From Candidatus Omnitrophota bacterium (GTDB lineage Bacteria > Omnitrophota > Omnitrophia > Omnitrophales > Aquincolibacteriaceae), in contig CAIOAT010000013.1 of the NCBI GenBank assembly GCA_903856085.1, forward strand, positions 39,430 through 103,429: a DNA stretch of 64,000 bases, in the 5' to 3' direction. A program made the position numbers and the translations under genes. The first letter of the stretch is position 1. Each line of letters opens with the position of its first letter. The notes under the pieces were generated by a model. That model did no database searches. It was not told the origin of the DNA and saw only the letters and a list, made by a program, of their open reading frames with translations. Of this stretch, positions 38,205-48,175 are shown piece after piece.

Positions 38205-39058
38205 CTACTGAAGACTCAGGGTCTCGAGACGGGTCACACGATCTTCGATGGAAGGATGCGTGCTGAAAAGGGCCGTCCATCCCTTCCCGGAAAGCGGATT
38301 CACGATAAAGAGATGCGCGGTCGCAGGCACGGCATCACGCAGCGGAAGACGCTTGGAAGCAGCCTCGATCTTTCTGAGCGCACTTGCGAGATAAAGAGGT
38401 TCTTCGCAGAGCTTGGCACCGCCGAGATCAGCTCCGTATTCTCTGGAGCGTGAGATCGCAAGTTGGATGAGCATCGCAACAAGGGGCATCACGATCGATA
38501 CCATGATCCAAGCCAGCGGATGGCCGTTATCACGATCATCACGCTCACCACCCCAAAAAAAGGACCAACGAAACATGGAGGCGATCATGCTGAGTGCGCC
38601 GGCCAGGGTCGCTACGATCGAAGATAACAGGATGTCGTGATTCAGAATATGTGAGAACTCGTGCCCTAGAACTCCGGAAAGCTCCTCCTGATTAAGAAGC
38701 CCGACAATCCCGTGCGTGACCGCGATCGCCGCGTGCTTCGGATCGCGACCCGTCGCAAAGGCGTTTGCGGAAGCCGATGGGAGCATATAGAGCCGGGGCG
38801 CGGAATGCCGGCTTTTTCGGACAGCTGCCTTACAATCTCAAAAACCTCGGGCGCCTCATCTTTAGTCAAGGGCTGAGCCCGATGCATCGCGAGCGCGATC
38901 CTATCGCTGAACCAGTAAGAAACAAGATTCATCAGGCACGCGAAAAAAAAAGCAACCATCAAACCGCTCGGCCCGCCCAATGCATAACCGCAAAAAACAA
39001 CCAGAAGCGTCAGAAACAGTAGAAGGAATGTCGTTTTAAAAAAATTCGTCACACCCAT
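38205..39058 (-). CDS. htpX: membrane zinc metalloprotease HtpX (M48B), frame broken at a G4/C4 homopolymer near 38804-38807
   Basis: ORF 38666..39058 carries the HtpX N-terminus (...LSEKAGIPRP) and ORF 38205..38786 carries the remainder (RLYMLPSASANAFATGR...HEFSHILNHD...). One extra G/C in the 38804-38807 run joins them as ...GIPRPRLYMLPSA.... Confidence 0.8.
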
Positions 39059-39321
39059 CGCTTTTTTTGTCCTATCTCAACTCGCTATGACTTTAATGAG
39101 CGCCTATGTCCCAGGGGAGATCCCAACTCCCCGCAAGAGGCACCCCCTATGGTTTTTGCCCAGGACATGCTCGACAGCACCGGCTTCACAAGAAACGGGG
39201 CTGAAACAATACCTCCCAGAGGCATCCTTTTACTTTCTTTTTTGTTCTCCGGTCGCAGGAATCTTTTTATATAAATATGCCGGAGAATACCCGGAGGATA
39301 CTGATATCCCCTCGCGAAATT

Positions 39322-40512
39322 TTAATGCGTCAATTTATCGTAAACTTCCTGGCTGATAAAACCCTTTTTGAGGATGAAATCGAGTTTCTTCTGATTCTTC
39401 GGGCCGTATTTAGGGCTGGAGGGGCTTAACCGGTCCGCGAATGTTTTACCGGCAAGATAGTTGTCGTAAGCCGCGCCTACCCAAATCGCGAGATCCTCGG
39501 AAGCACATTGCCCGCCCTGAGCCCCCAGAAAACCGTTCTTGGTACTCGTCTTCTGGAAGTCCTGATAATACTCCTTCATATTCGCACCCTTAAAATAACA
39601 AGACGCGCCCGAGATAGTGGCCCACTCGCTTTGCTGGTCCGGTACGCCGAAATTGATCTTTAATTTATAATCGTAAAGATGGGCGGCCTCGTGAAAGAAA
39701 ACCGTCGGTTGATCATAAAGCGAACCTTTGAGCACAAGGCTCCCAGAGCTGGGGTCGGCATACCCGCCTTCGCCTCCTTTTAAAAAACGCGCGTCTTCCA
39801 CAAAAACAATATGCTTGATCGCCTTGGCAAAGCCCGCGGGCAATAGATCAATGTAGGATTTTATCTTGTCCCGGGACGCTTGATCCGGGAAATGCTGGAA
39901 CGCGATCCCCCGGTATTCCTCCTGAGGCGATTCGTCGACGAGCTGAGCCAGATCCGTGCATACCACATTTTTGACAAATGCTTGATCGGCCGGATCCACG
40001 GGAAGATCGCCGGACGCGGAAGCTTGAAAGTGATCAATCTCAAAATTATCTTCCATGCCGAGGCGTATGCAGGGGATCATCTTGGGAAGATCGCCGGAAG
40101 AATATAAACCCAATTTCTTGACCTCGAGCTGGTCGACGTAGAATTTTGAAGACTCGCCGTTCCAGGCGAGCTTCAGGCTGTGCCAGTCGCCTATTTTAAA
40201 ATCATAGGGATAGACAAACGCGGCCAACACGCAGCGCCCGAACTTTCTGTGAACGATCAGCTTGTCCTGAATGATCTGGATCTCGAAACTTTCCGCGATG
40301 TCCGAGGAAACTCCGAGCAGTAGAACATGGTTGTGCGGATCTTGGGAAATATTTTTCAAGAGTTTGACGCGAAACTCGAAAGTCCCGGAACCGGAAGAGA
40401 TGCTTTGATCTTGGAGATCATGATAGCTCGTCGTGAGCGCCGGGCACACCCCAGACGCCACAAACAAGAATAAACCCGCAAGAATGAAACTTTTTCTAAC
40501 CATGAACCGCAA
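39322..40512 (-). CDS. secreted protein with N-terminal LamG/concanavalin-like domain and zincin-like HEAAH motif (putative metalloprotease), hypothetical
   Basis: Signal peptide, then LamG-like WHSLKLAWNGESSKFYVDQ, then C-terminal FFHEAAHLYDY (HExxH). Confidence 0.5.
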   Translation of the reverse strand: MRFMVRKSFILAGLFLFVASGVCPALTTSYHDLQDQSISSGSGTFEFRVKLLKNISQDPHNHVLLLGVSSDIAESFEIQIIQDKLIVHRKFGRCVLAAFVYPYDFKIGDWHSLKLAWNGESSKFYVDQLEVKKLGLYSSGDLPKMIPCIRLGMEDNFEIDHFQASASGDLPVDPADQAFVKNVVCTDLAQLVDESPQEEYRGIAFQHFPDQASRDKIKSYIDLLPAGFAKAIKHIVFVEDARFLKGGEGGYADPSSGSLVLKGSLYDQPTVFFHEAAHLYDYKLKINFGVPDQQSEWATISGASCYFKGANMKEYYQDFQKTSTKNGFLGAQGGQCASEDLAIWVGAAYDNYLAGKTFADRLSPSSPKYGPKNQKKLDFILKKGFISQEVYDKLTH

Positions 40513-40753
40513 ACGCCTCCTGCGCTAATTACCGGTCTTGGGCTTTTAGCCCAATGGGCAGCAGCACTTACTAATCACTTCCTTGAGAATAATGAGGACG
40601 CCCAGAACCGTCAGAGCGACCTGGCCCCAGGTCACCTGCCATCAGGCGAACACGATCACCAGCACTCCCAAAACGCAGAACATTTGATTATGGATCATGA
40701 CATTACCGGAGGATTCTAACACTGGTTTCAAATGTGGTCTATGTGTCCCCTAG

Positions 40754-40778
40754 TATTAACACTTTCTATTAACACTTT
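40754..40778. repeat. tandem 12-bp direct repeat TATTAACACTTT x2, about 215 nt upstream of the SOUL gene
   Basis: tattaacacttt-c-tattaacacttt. It is followed by a GC hairpin, cccccgcttggggg, at 40805-40818. Confidence 0.5.
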
Positions 40779-40992
40779 GACCAGTTGGTATCCGATGAAT
40801 TACTCCCCCGCTTGGGGGACTTTCACAACTCGCTTTTGACCTCAGAAGAGGTCGATATCCTCAAGATCCTGGCGAAGGAACTAGGGTTTGCTCTTGTTTC
40901 GCTGGGTTTTCGCAATAGTATGTTACCTGAGAGTTTGTTACGGTAAAACATATCCATCCCTTGTATCTAAACAAAAGCTATACTTAGGGAGC

Positions 40993-41628
40993 ATGACAAT
41001 GCGAGAAAAAAAAGTCATCATTGCCTGTTTCTTAGGGCTGGCTCTTCTAACCCCAATGAGGTCCGCCATGGCGAAGATTGAAACACCGCCCTATCAAGTG
41101 ATCCAGAGCGCTGAAAAGATCGAGGTGCGGGAATATTCACCGATGATCGTAGCCGAGGTGGAGGTGGCAGGCGAACGCAGCAAAGCGATCAATACCGGCT
41201 TTCGCATCCTCGCCGATTATATTTTCGGGAATAATGCCCCGGGGCAACGCATTACGATGACAGCACCCGTCATTCAGCAAAAGGGTGCCAAGATCGCCAT
41301 GACGGCGCCCGTAAGCCAGACCCAGGACGGGGATCTCTGGAAAGTTCGCTTCACGATGCCTTCTTCCTACACGCTGGAAACTTTACCCAAACCCAACAAT
41401 CCGGCGATCAAAATTATAGCGACCCCTGGTCATCGCACTGTGGGGATTCGCTTTTCAGGATTCTGGACGGATAGGAATTTGCGCAAGAATTTAGAGAAAC
41501 TTGATACCTTTATTCAGACCCAGGGATTAAAAACGGCGGGAAATCCGGTCTACGCATTTTACAATCCGCCCTGGACACTTCCCTTTTTCCGCCACAATGA
41601 AGTTCTCTATAATCTTCAAAACGATTAG
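40993..41628 (+). CDS. SOUL/HBP heme-binding family protein (secreted)
   Basis: Signal peptide, then the SOUL fold (ETPPYQVI...IEVREY...; FRILADYIFGNN; VYAFYNPPWTLPFFRHNEV). ATG at 40993. Confidence 0.75.
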   Translation: MTMREKKVIIACFLGLALLTPMRSAMAKIETPPYQVIQSAEKIEVREYSPMIVAEVEVAGERSKAINTGFRILADYIFGNNAPGQRITMTAPVIQQKGAKIAMTAPVSQTQDGDLWKVRFTMPSSYTLETLPKPNNPAIKIIATPGHRTVGIRFSGFWTDRNLRKNLEKLDTFIQTQGLKTAGNPVYAFYNPPWTLPFFRHNEVLYNLQND

Positions 41629-41671
41629 CAGTTCGGTCTATTTATTTACTCGAATGGTACCAGATACCGTT

Positions 41672-42317
41672 CTACGATGACCGATTCTCAGCCATACCTA
41701 TCACAAAAAGAACCGCATAATCTTTTTTGTTACAACCCTTGACCGAAGGCATTGAGATTCCAGGCGCTACCGGAAAAGCTGCTTTTTCTACTGTGTCCGG
41801 CGAGCAAGAAGCATTGTTTGCAACCGGTGTGTAGCGTGCTGCATGACAGGGCAGGTGCGTCACATCATAAAGCTTCACGCCATGATCGAGTTGCCAGTGC
41901 TGCGAACCGCTTTTGTCCATGGGGTCAACAGTGAGCACACTTGTTACTTTCTGCCCGCCTGTCACGACGTATTTTCCGGAAGGCAAAGGAAAGGTCGGTT
42001 TCTCCATAATCAGGCCGTGTTCCTCAAGCCACCAATCTTGTCTGTCAAATGGCCATTGTGCGAGGGCAACGCCTGTCGCCTTTAACTGCTTGTAGTTTTC
42101 CAACCTGCATCCTCGAGGACCTGGATCTTGACGCCACAACCCCCACAACGCTGCATCGTTCCCAGAGTTTGCACCCGGATCACCCAACGCCACAATGTAT
42201 TGCAAAGGAATGTGTTTGAATCTTGCCTGACTTTCAGCATTAGCAGATTGCACTAAGACAGAAATCATCATGACCATCGCTAAAAGTAAAGGGCTTAAAC
42301 GACTATTTTTTTTCACG
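41672..42317 (-). CDS. secreted hypothetical protein (lower-GC region)
   Basis: Probable GTG start at about 42317 with AAGGA upstream. Signal peptide KKNSRLSPLLLAMVMMISVLVQSANA. No family assigned. Confidence 0.4.
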
Positions 42318-42914
42318 TGATTCCTTATAGAAATCTTTACCTTAGGGTAAAAGCTTTTTTCAATATTCCATAGGCTTTGACGCAATTCAAGCAAAAGACG
42401 GCATAAGTGTAGCATATTATTTTTTATGTCAAAATCATGCCGTGACCCTGAGAGCGTGCGCCCCCTAGTCAGATGCTCCATAGAGGGAAATGGGGTTGCT
42501 CCATGGCCTCATGTGGTATTTTTGAGGCACTTGGACCACGCATCCACACGCACCCCCTCCGGGTGTTTCAATTAGGGAAATTTTGAGCTTTGCTTAGAAT
42601 TGGGCTAATTCCCAATCGCCCCCTGAAAACAGAAAAGGCTTAGCGATAGGGTCAGGAAACTTGGACGCTGCTACAACCAAGCGCATCAACCGAAAGCTAA
42701 GCCTCAGTGCGAGATCACCGGAAGGACGCTCGACTCCTTCAGAACAGCCCCGAAAGGCGGGGTGTTGCCAGTGAAGCGATTTTCTGGCGTCAGCAACCTC
42801 AAATAGGCCATTTGCTTTATCCAAACTGCCTCTAGCCTACGTCGGTCCTATGGGGGATAAAGCCCCTCTCCCTTCGTAAGCCGAACACGTCATGTCAAAA
42901 GAGCACGCCAAGAG

Positions 42915-42955
42915 CGGCTCCGTTACAGTGGGGGTTCAATCCCCCGAGCCTCCAT
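42915..42955 (+). other. tRNA/tmRNA-like 3' fragment (T-arm GGGGG-TTCAAT-CCCCC plus acceptor-like 3' strand) with no matching 5' half; possible att-site remnant
   Basis: ggctccgttacagtgggggttcaatcccccgagcctcca. I found no complementary 5' acceptor strand, D-arm or anticodon arm within the upstream 400 nt, and no tmRNA tag reading frame. Confidence 0.35.
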
Positions 42956-43052
42956 CATCTCTTGGCCTAATAGAACCCTAGCAGACCGGGGATCAAAAAG
43001 GAAGGCCTGCGAAAAATAAATTCGACTACCCTAGATCGTCCCCGGCACGACG

Positions 43053-43295
43053 CTAGGATTTTTCCTGGTGAGTGGTACTGTCGAGGCGGTGGGATTCCTT
43101 CAAGTACTCGAGATTGGAATTGATCTTGCTATTGACCTCTTCATCCGCAGTCTTGTCGGCAACACCCGTCCCTGTTTTTGCTGCCATGGCCACCCGCCTG
43201 ACAACTCTTGTCCCGAAGAGAGCGTAGGCGGGAGAAGCTCCCAACATCGACGCTACCACCATTCCCGCGATCATACCTTTGAGGATCTTTGACAT
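43053..43295 (-). CDS. small secreted protein, hypothetical
   Basis: Signal-peptide-like MSKILKGMIAGMVVASMLGASPAYA. No family assigned. Confidence 0.3.
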   Translation of the reverse strand: MSKILKGMIAGMVVASMLGASPAYALFGTRVVRRVAMAAKTGTGVADKTADEEVNSKINSNLEYLKESHRLDSTTHQEKS

Positions 43296-43322
43296 TCCCG
43301 GGCTCTCCTTACGGCTTTTGTT

Positions 43323-43790
43323 TTACGAGACGATCTGTTTTGCTTTCCCGAGGTCCCCGTGCGCGTTCTTGAGATCCTCCCGGCACTTCGGGGCAACCTT
43401 ATCTTTATTCTTCTCAAGGCACGCCAGAATGCGGCCTTCTCCAATGGCGACCTTGGAGCATAATTGCAAGATGTCCGGTTTGCAGTCCGCGACAAACGCG
43501 TTTACATTATCGATGGCGTTCCTAAACTCGTTCTTAGCTTGATAAAGAGCGGTCAGGCACTGAGTCGATAATTTTTCGTTATGCGCGTAAAGGCACGCAA
43601 CGCCGCGTCCTTGCCCGGGAGTCACGGTCTGGCAATAAGTCTCGAGCTCCGTCTGACAAGCATTCTCGACCCTGTCGATATTCTTGTCCGCGAGTTTTTC
43701 CATCGGTCCTTGCGCCATGGCGGCAGAGACACCCATAACAAAAAGAATTCCTGACAGAATAATAACGTTTAAGGCTTTTTTCATAAACAT
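43323..43790 (-). CDS. secreted protein with two cysteine-rich repeats (C-x3-C-x9-G-x-G-x3-C-L type)
   Basis: Signal peptide, then CQTELETYCQTVTPGQGRGVACL and CKPDILQLCSKVAIGEGRILACL. Confidence 0.6.
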   Translation of the reverse strand: MFMKKALNVIILSGILFVMGVSAAMAQGPMEKLADKNIDRVENACQTELETYCQTVTPGQGRGVACLYAHNEKLSTQCLTALYQAKNEFRNAIDNVNAFVADCKPDILQLCSKVAIGEGRILACLEKNKDKVAPKCREDLKNAHGDLGKAKQIVS

Positions 43791-43981
43791 TGGAAGACCT
43801 CCCCTTAGCTTCGTTAAGTGTATATTTTAATCCGGTACTGATTTTAACGCCTCATGATTGTACCGTGGTACAAGTCAAGAAAAGCCGCGAACTCTTCGTA
43901 CTCTAACCCCTTTGAGAATGGTTTCAATGAATTTTTTGGACGATTTTCCGAAAAGATATGCGGATGCCGGCTCACTGTCGG

Positions 43982-44623
43982 TCAGAATCGGATACCGAGC
44001 TTGCGGAGGTCTTTAATGAGTTGCGAACGGGTTTTGAAGCGGATGGCGTGCATACCGGCTTTCCGGGCGCCTGCGATAAAACTTTTCATGTCATCGATAA
44101 AAACGGTTTCCTCAGGCCTGAGCTTGATCTTCCTCAGGACGCGGCGGTAGATCTTGAGATCGGGTTTGCGCGCGCCCACCTCATGCGACGGGAATTTCCG
44201 GTTGAAATGCCGGAGCAGTTTGAAATGCTTTTTGATGTGGGTGTAATGCATGTGGTTGGTGTTCGAGATCAGGTAAAGCGGGTAATGTTTCTTGATCCGC
44301 GCGAGCAGCCTGTCCATCCCCGGATTTTCCCAGAAGATGTCGTTCCAATAATATTTGAACGTTTTATAAGAAACCGGCTTTTTAAAGATGCGGCACGCTT
44401 CCCGGTAGAACTCCGGGGTCGAGATCTCGCCTCGCGTGTAGGCCTGCTCGAACTTGGAAAGAAAGAAATGCGCCCAGATCCTGATCTGGGAAATACCGCC
44501 GGCCGCGGAGAACCGCCGCGCGGCTTTCTTGACGTCGTAATTCACGAGCACGTTGCCGAGATCGAAGATGATGGCTTTGATTTCTTTATTCTTGGGATTT
44601 TTCATCGGCGGGCATTGTAACAC
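43982..44623 (-). CDS. HAD-superfamily hydrolase (subfamily IA)
   Basis: Motif I IIFDLGNVL, motif II LISNTN, and motif III/IV K...FIDDM. Confidence 0.8.
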   Translation of the reverse strand: MLQCPPMKNPKNKEIKAIIFDLGNVLVNYDVKKAARRFSAAGGISQIRIWAHFFLSKFEQAYTRGEISTPEFYREACRIFKKPVSYKTFKYYWNDIFWENPGMDRLLARIKKHYPLYLISNTNHMHYTHIKKHFKLLRHFNRKFPSHEVGARKPDLKIYRRVLRKIKLRPEETVFIDDMKSFIAGARKAGMHAIRFKTRSQLIKDLRKLGIRF

Positions 44624-44658
44624 AATCGAAATTCGCGGGAAACGACGAACGGAAGACT

Positions 44659-45804
44659 TCAGCCGACAAGCTTGCAGAGCTGGCTCGTGATGAGCCCGAG
44701 ATACGTCCCCATTACATTGCCGAGTATCCCCAGGAGCAATCCGACGGGCGCAAGCGCGGGCTCATAAGCCGCGGCCACGATCGGCGCCGAGGCCGGGCCG
44801 CCGATATTCGCCTGGCTCGCGGTCGCGACAAGGCAGAGAGGAATCCGCGTGATGCGGGACACAATAAGAAGGAATACCGCATGGACCAGCACCAGAGCAA
44901 TCCCGGCCACGATCAAAAGCGGCGCGGAGAAGATGCCCGAGAGACTTGCCCGAGCGCCGATGGAGGTCAGCACCAGGAACAGGAAAAGATATCCCACTTT
45001 AGAAGCTCCATGGCGCTCGAGTTTCCGCAGGGACGTGAATGAAAGCAAAATGCCTAAGGTCGACGCAAGAATAATCGTCCAAGCAAAAGAACCGTTCCCG
45101 AAAACGTCCGCCAGTTTGTTCGAGATCCACGAGCCGCCAAAGGCCACGGCAAGGATCAGCGGAAGGAATTGGAACCGGGTTTTTTCAGGACCGGCTTCAG
45201 CGGCGGCGGTTTTCCGAGCCAGTTCTTCAACCACGCGAAGGTCGGAATGGTTCCACCGGTCATAAGTCTTTTGAAAACCCTCGAGCAGGATCAGAAGCCC
45301 CATCCACGAGTACGCCACAACCGTATCCACCACGATCATCGGAAAAAAGACCGCATCCGGCGTATGAATCGCCTCTTTCACCGCGATCATATTGGCGCTT
45401 CCGCCGATCCAGGAAGCCGAAAGCGCGCCGAATCCCGACCACGCTTCCGCAGGAAGCCATGGCTTGAAGATCCAGACCACAAGCGGCGCACCGAACATGA
45501 TCCCGGCACTTCCGGCGAACATCATGAGAAGCGCGGGCCGGCCGAGTTTCAGGATCGCCTTCATATCCGTCGAAATCAAAAGAAGGATCAATCCCGCAGG
45601 AAGTACCGTGCTCGTGATCTTCGGATAGATCGCGTGCTGCTGCGGAAGAATTCCTAATCCGGAAACGATCATCGGGAGAAAATAGATCCAGAAAAGCGGC
45701 GGCGGGAACCGGAAGAATTTTTTGCATTCCGGATGTTCGGAGAGGAAAAGAATGACCCCTTCGATCAATAGAAGCGCGCAAAGAATGCCGGAAGAGCTTT
45801 GAAT
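44659..45804 (-). CDS. polytopic membrane protein, possibly DUF819 family
   Basis: About 10-12 transmembrane helices with SQANIGGPASAPIVAAAY and GGSANMIAVKEA segments. The family call is tentative. Confidence 0.45.
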   Translation of the reverse strand: MQSSSGILCALLLIEGVILFLSEHPECKKFFRFPPPLFWIYFLPMIVSGLGILPQQHAIYPKITSTVLPAGLILLLISTDMKAILKLGRPALLMMFAGSAGIMFGAPLVVWIFKPWLPAEAWSGFGALSASWIGGSANMIAVKEAIHTPDAVFFPMIVVDTVVAYSWMGLLILLEGFQKTYDRWNHSDLRVVEELARKTAAAEAGPEKTRFQFLPLILAVAFGGSWISNKLADVFGNGSFAWTIILASTLGILLSFTSLRKLERHGASKVGYLFLFLVLTSIGARASLSGIFSAPLLIVAGIALVLVHAVFLLIVSRITRIPLCLVATASQANIGGPASAPIVAAAYEPALAPVGLLLGILGNVMGTYLGLITSQLCKLVG

Positions 45805-45812
45805 CATAAGGT

Positions 45813-46190
45813 CTACGAGAACAGCGCCCGGATCTTCGGGTGGGAGAAATAAAGGAGCCACACCCCGGGAAAGATCACGAACACCGAAACGCGGGGATGC
45901 AGCACGTTACCGATCCGCTCCATCAGAGTTGGCGACTCGAAAATCCAAAACGTCCACACAAAATGGATCAGGTAACAGCCCCACACCAAGGCCGCCACGG
46001 CCAGCCCCCAGCTGAGCCAAAGCGCCCACCGCTTGGACTTCCAGAGCCCCACAAAGCAAGCGATGATCGCGATAAAGATCCCGGCATCGAGAACCGTTTG
46101 AAAGGAAAGAAACCGGTCCGTCATTTCAACAAGCGCGTAGCCCAAATAACCCGCGAACGCCATTCCCAGCATAAGCATTGTTTTTTTCAC
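45813..46190 (-). CDS. small membrane protein (4 transmembrane helices), hypothetical
   Basis: Hydrophobic 125 aa ORF. No family assigned. Confidence 0.4.
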   Translation of the reverse strand: MKKTMLMLGMAFAGYLGYALVEMTDRFLSFQTVLDAGIFIAIIACFVGLWKSKRWALWLSWGLAVAALVWGCYLIHFVWTFWIFESPTLMERIGNVLHPRVSVFVIFPGVWLLYFSHPKIRALFS

Positions 46191-46217
46191 AGCATGTCTC
46201 CTTGCATTTTTTGGCTA

Positions 46218-47291
46218 TTAAACAGGGATAACACCGATGCCCATTTTGACTTTTCGAAGATCATAAACACCTGAACGGGTCACAAAATTGCCGCGCGTCA
46301 CCTGTTCTTCCATAAAAAAAGGCGCGTCAAGATCGATGAAATCAAAACCTCCGAACCCTGCCGCGAGATGCGCCGCCGCGGTGACGGCCAGCGGCGTTTC
46401 CATCATCGTCCCGATCATCAGCTTAATCCCGTTCCGCTTCGCAAGCCGCGCGATCTCATACGCCTCGAGGATACCCGTCTTCATGAATTTCACATTGATC
46501 GCGCCGGCAGCTTTTTCCTTGATCAACCGTTTGGCGTCCTGAAGCGAGGAGACACTCTCATCCGCGCAGACAAGTACTTTCCCTTCGCGCGTCACTTTTG
46601 CGAGTCCCTCCCAATCCTCTTTCGGGACCGGCTGTTCGACGAGGGCAGGTTTGATTTTAAGCCATGCCAATTCTTTCAGGAATTTGAGCGTCTGAGCGGC
46701 CGTAAACCCTTGATTGGCGTCAAGAAAAACCGGGCATTTGCCCGCGATCCGGGCCACCGCCGCGACGCGCTTGAGATCCCGGTCGAAATCCCGGCCGATC
46801 TTCACTTTGAAAGAACGGATACCGCGCCGCAGGATCTCACGCGTGGCAATCTCGGCTTCCGAAATATCGCCGAGCACCACGGTCATGTCGCTATGAAGCG
46901 TTCGCAGCCGGCTGCCAAAAAAACGCCACAAGGGCATCTTTTTTTTGCGCATCACAGCATCCATCAGAGCCATTTCAACCGCGGCAAGCGCGCAAGGATT
47001 CCCGGAGAATTTCCCTTTATATTCTTCCATCAGAGCCTGGAAATCCGCGATGTCGCGGCCTGCGATCTCAAGCGCGGCGGTCCTTAAATTCCCGAGAGTC
47101 CCTGCAACGGTCTCTCCGGTGATATGCGTCGCAACGGCCGCCTCGCCGAATCCGCACACGCCGTCCGAAAGTTCTATTGAGAAAAGAACGTTCTCGAGCA
47201 AGTCATGCTGGCCCTTCGCCGTGCTAAACGGCCGCGTAAGCTTCGCGCGCCAGATCTTCGCCTCTGCTTTTTTGATCGTACTTTTTTTCAC
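46218..47291 (-). CDS. enolase-superfamily dipeptide epimerase (L-Ala-D/L-Glu epimerase / MR-MLE family)
   Basis: N-terminal capping domain, then a TIM barrel with KxK (FKVKIG), Mg-binding DANQ, and the catalytic Lys region. Confidence 0.75.
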   Translation of the reverse strand: MKKSTIKKAEAKIWRAKLTRPFSTAKGQHDLLENVLFSIELSDGVCGFGEAAVATHITGETVAGTLGNLRTAALEIAGRDIADFQALMEEYKGKFSGNPCALAAVEMALMDAVMRKKKMPLWRFFGSRLRTLHSDMTVVLGDISEAEIATREILRRGIRSFKVKIGRDFDRDLKRVAAVARIAGKCPVFLDANQGFTAAQTLKFLKELAWLKIKPALVEQPVPKEDWEGLAKVTREGKVLVCADESVSSLQDAKRLIKEKAAGAINVKFMKTGILEAYEIARLAKRNGIKLMIGTMMETPLAVTAAAHLAAGFGGFDFIDLDAPFFMEEQVTRGNFVTRSGVYDLRKVKMGIGVIPV

Positions 47292-47396
47292 GGATCATTC
47301 CAAGGTGAACGAAATTAAGTGTTTGGTTTTGCCAGGTTTTTTACATTATACTGTTTTCTGGGCCTTTAAAATACCTAAAGCGGGAGAGCGGACGAG

Positions 47397-48164
47397 ATGA
47401 TCAATTTCAAGTCGATCAAAGTTCAGATCAATTTATTCCTCGCTGCTTTCGCCGTCTTCCTCTACCTGAAAGAACCCAGCTTCGCGCTCCTCGCTGGATT
47501 CTTTTGGGCCATTCTTTTTTCAATTCTACTCGAAGGCGCTTTTCTTCTCCCTAAGACGAAGAAACTCCAGATCACGGAGAGCGCCCTTACTTCCGGTTTG
47601 ATTATCGGCTATGTCCTGTCCTCGGGGTCCCCGTGGTGGATGTTCCTCACGGTCGCTCTATTCGCCGTCGGTCTGAAGCACATCCTTCGATTCCACGGAA
47701 AGAATCTGCTGAATCCTGCGGCACTGGGCATCTTCCTGGCCGTGCTTTTACTCAAAGGCAATACGGAATGGAAAGGAACTTATGCCTGGTACCTGCTCAT
47801 TCCCGCGGGTCTTTACATCGTCTACAAGATCAAGAAGATGGAGATCGTCCTGGGCTATCTAGGAATGTCCCTCCTGCTTTTTATCCCTCAGGCCCTCAGG
47901 CAAGGCACTTCCTTAATGGATATCCCGGGCTATTTTAATTTTTTCTTCATCTTTATCATGCTGATCGAACCCAAAACGACCCCTGCCACGCGCTGGCCGA
48001 AGATCACATTCGGAGCCGGGGCCGCGCTTCTGGTTTTTGTTCTTACCGAAAGAGGTTTCCGTTACGAACCCGAACTTTTTGCCCTGCTCGTCCTGAACGC
48101 ACTGGTCCCGTTTCTCAACAAAATCCCTAATTACAAATTTTCAACCCCGAAAAAGATCACTTAA
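47397..48164 (+). CDS. polytopic membrane protein, hypothetical
   Basis: Seven or eight transmembrane helices. Contains NLLNPAALGIF. No confident family. Confidence 0.4.
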   Translation: MINFKSIKVQINLFLAAFAVFLYLKEPSFALLAGFFWAILFSILLEGAFLLPKTKKLQITESALTSGLIIGYVLSSGSPWWMFLTVALFAVGLKHILRFHGKNLLNPAALGIFLAVLLLKGNTEWKGTYAWYLLIPAGLYIVYKIKKMEIVLGYLGMSLLLFIPQALRQGTSLMDIPGYFNFFFIFIMLIEPKTTPATRWPKITFGAGAALLVFVLTERGFRYEPELFALLVLNALVPFLNKIPNYKFSTPKKIT

Positions 48165-48175
48165 AAGGAGCTTCC

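Noticed and set aside
40540-40698. Small minus-strand ORF MIHNQMFCVLGVLVIVFA-[TGA]-WQVTWGQVALTVLGVLIILKEVISKCCCPLG with an in-frame TGA
   Set aside because: The continuation after TGA looks like a second transmembrane helix, which raises selenocysteine or recoding as possibilities. TGA is used as an ordinary stop elsewhere in the window, for example cdaA, the 52284-53510 gene and the permease ORFs. No SECIS-like hairpin is evident, and the GC content is incompatible with UGA-reassigned lineages. It is most likely a chance ORF or an 18-aa peptide.
42481-43050. 570 bp non-coding stretch tested by eye as tmRNA or RNase P RNA
   Set aside because: The 3' end resembles the tmRNA T-arm and acceptor (compare E. 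coli ...GGGUUCAACUCCCGCCAGCUCCACCA). I could find no 5' acceptor partner, no G3:U70 alanine identity pair, no resume codon with a tag ORF ending in ...LAA plus stop, and no RNase P P4 or GGAAAGUCCGG elements on either strand. Only the fragment is reported; a covariance-model search would settle it.
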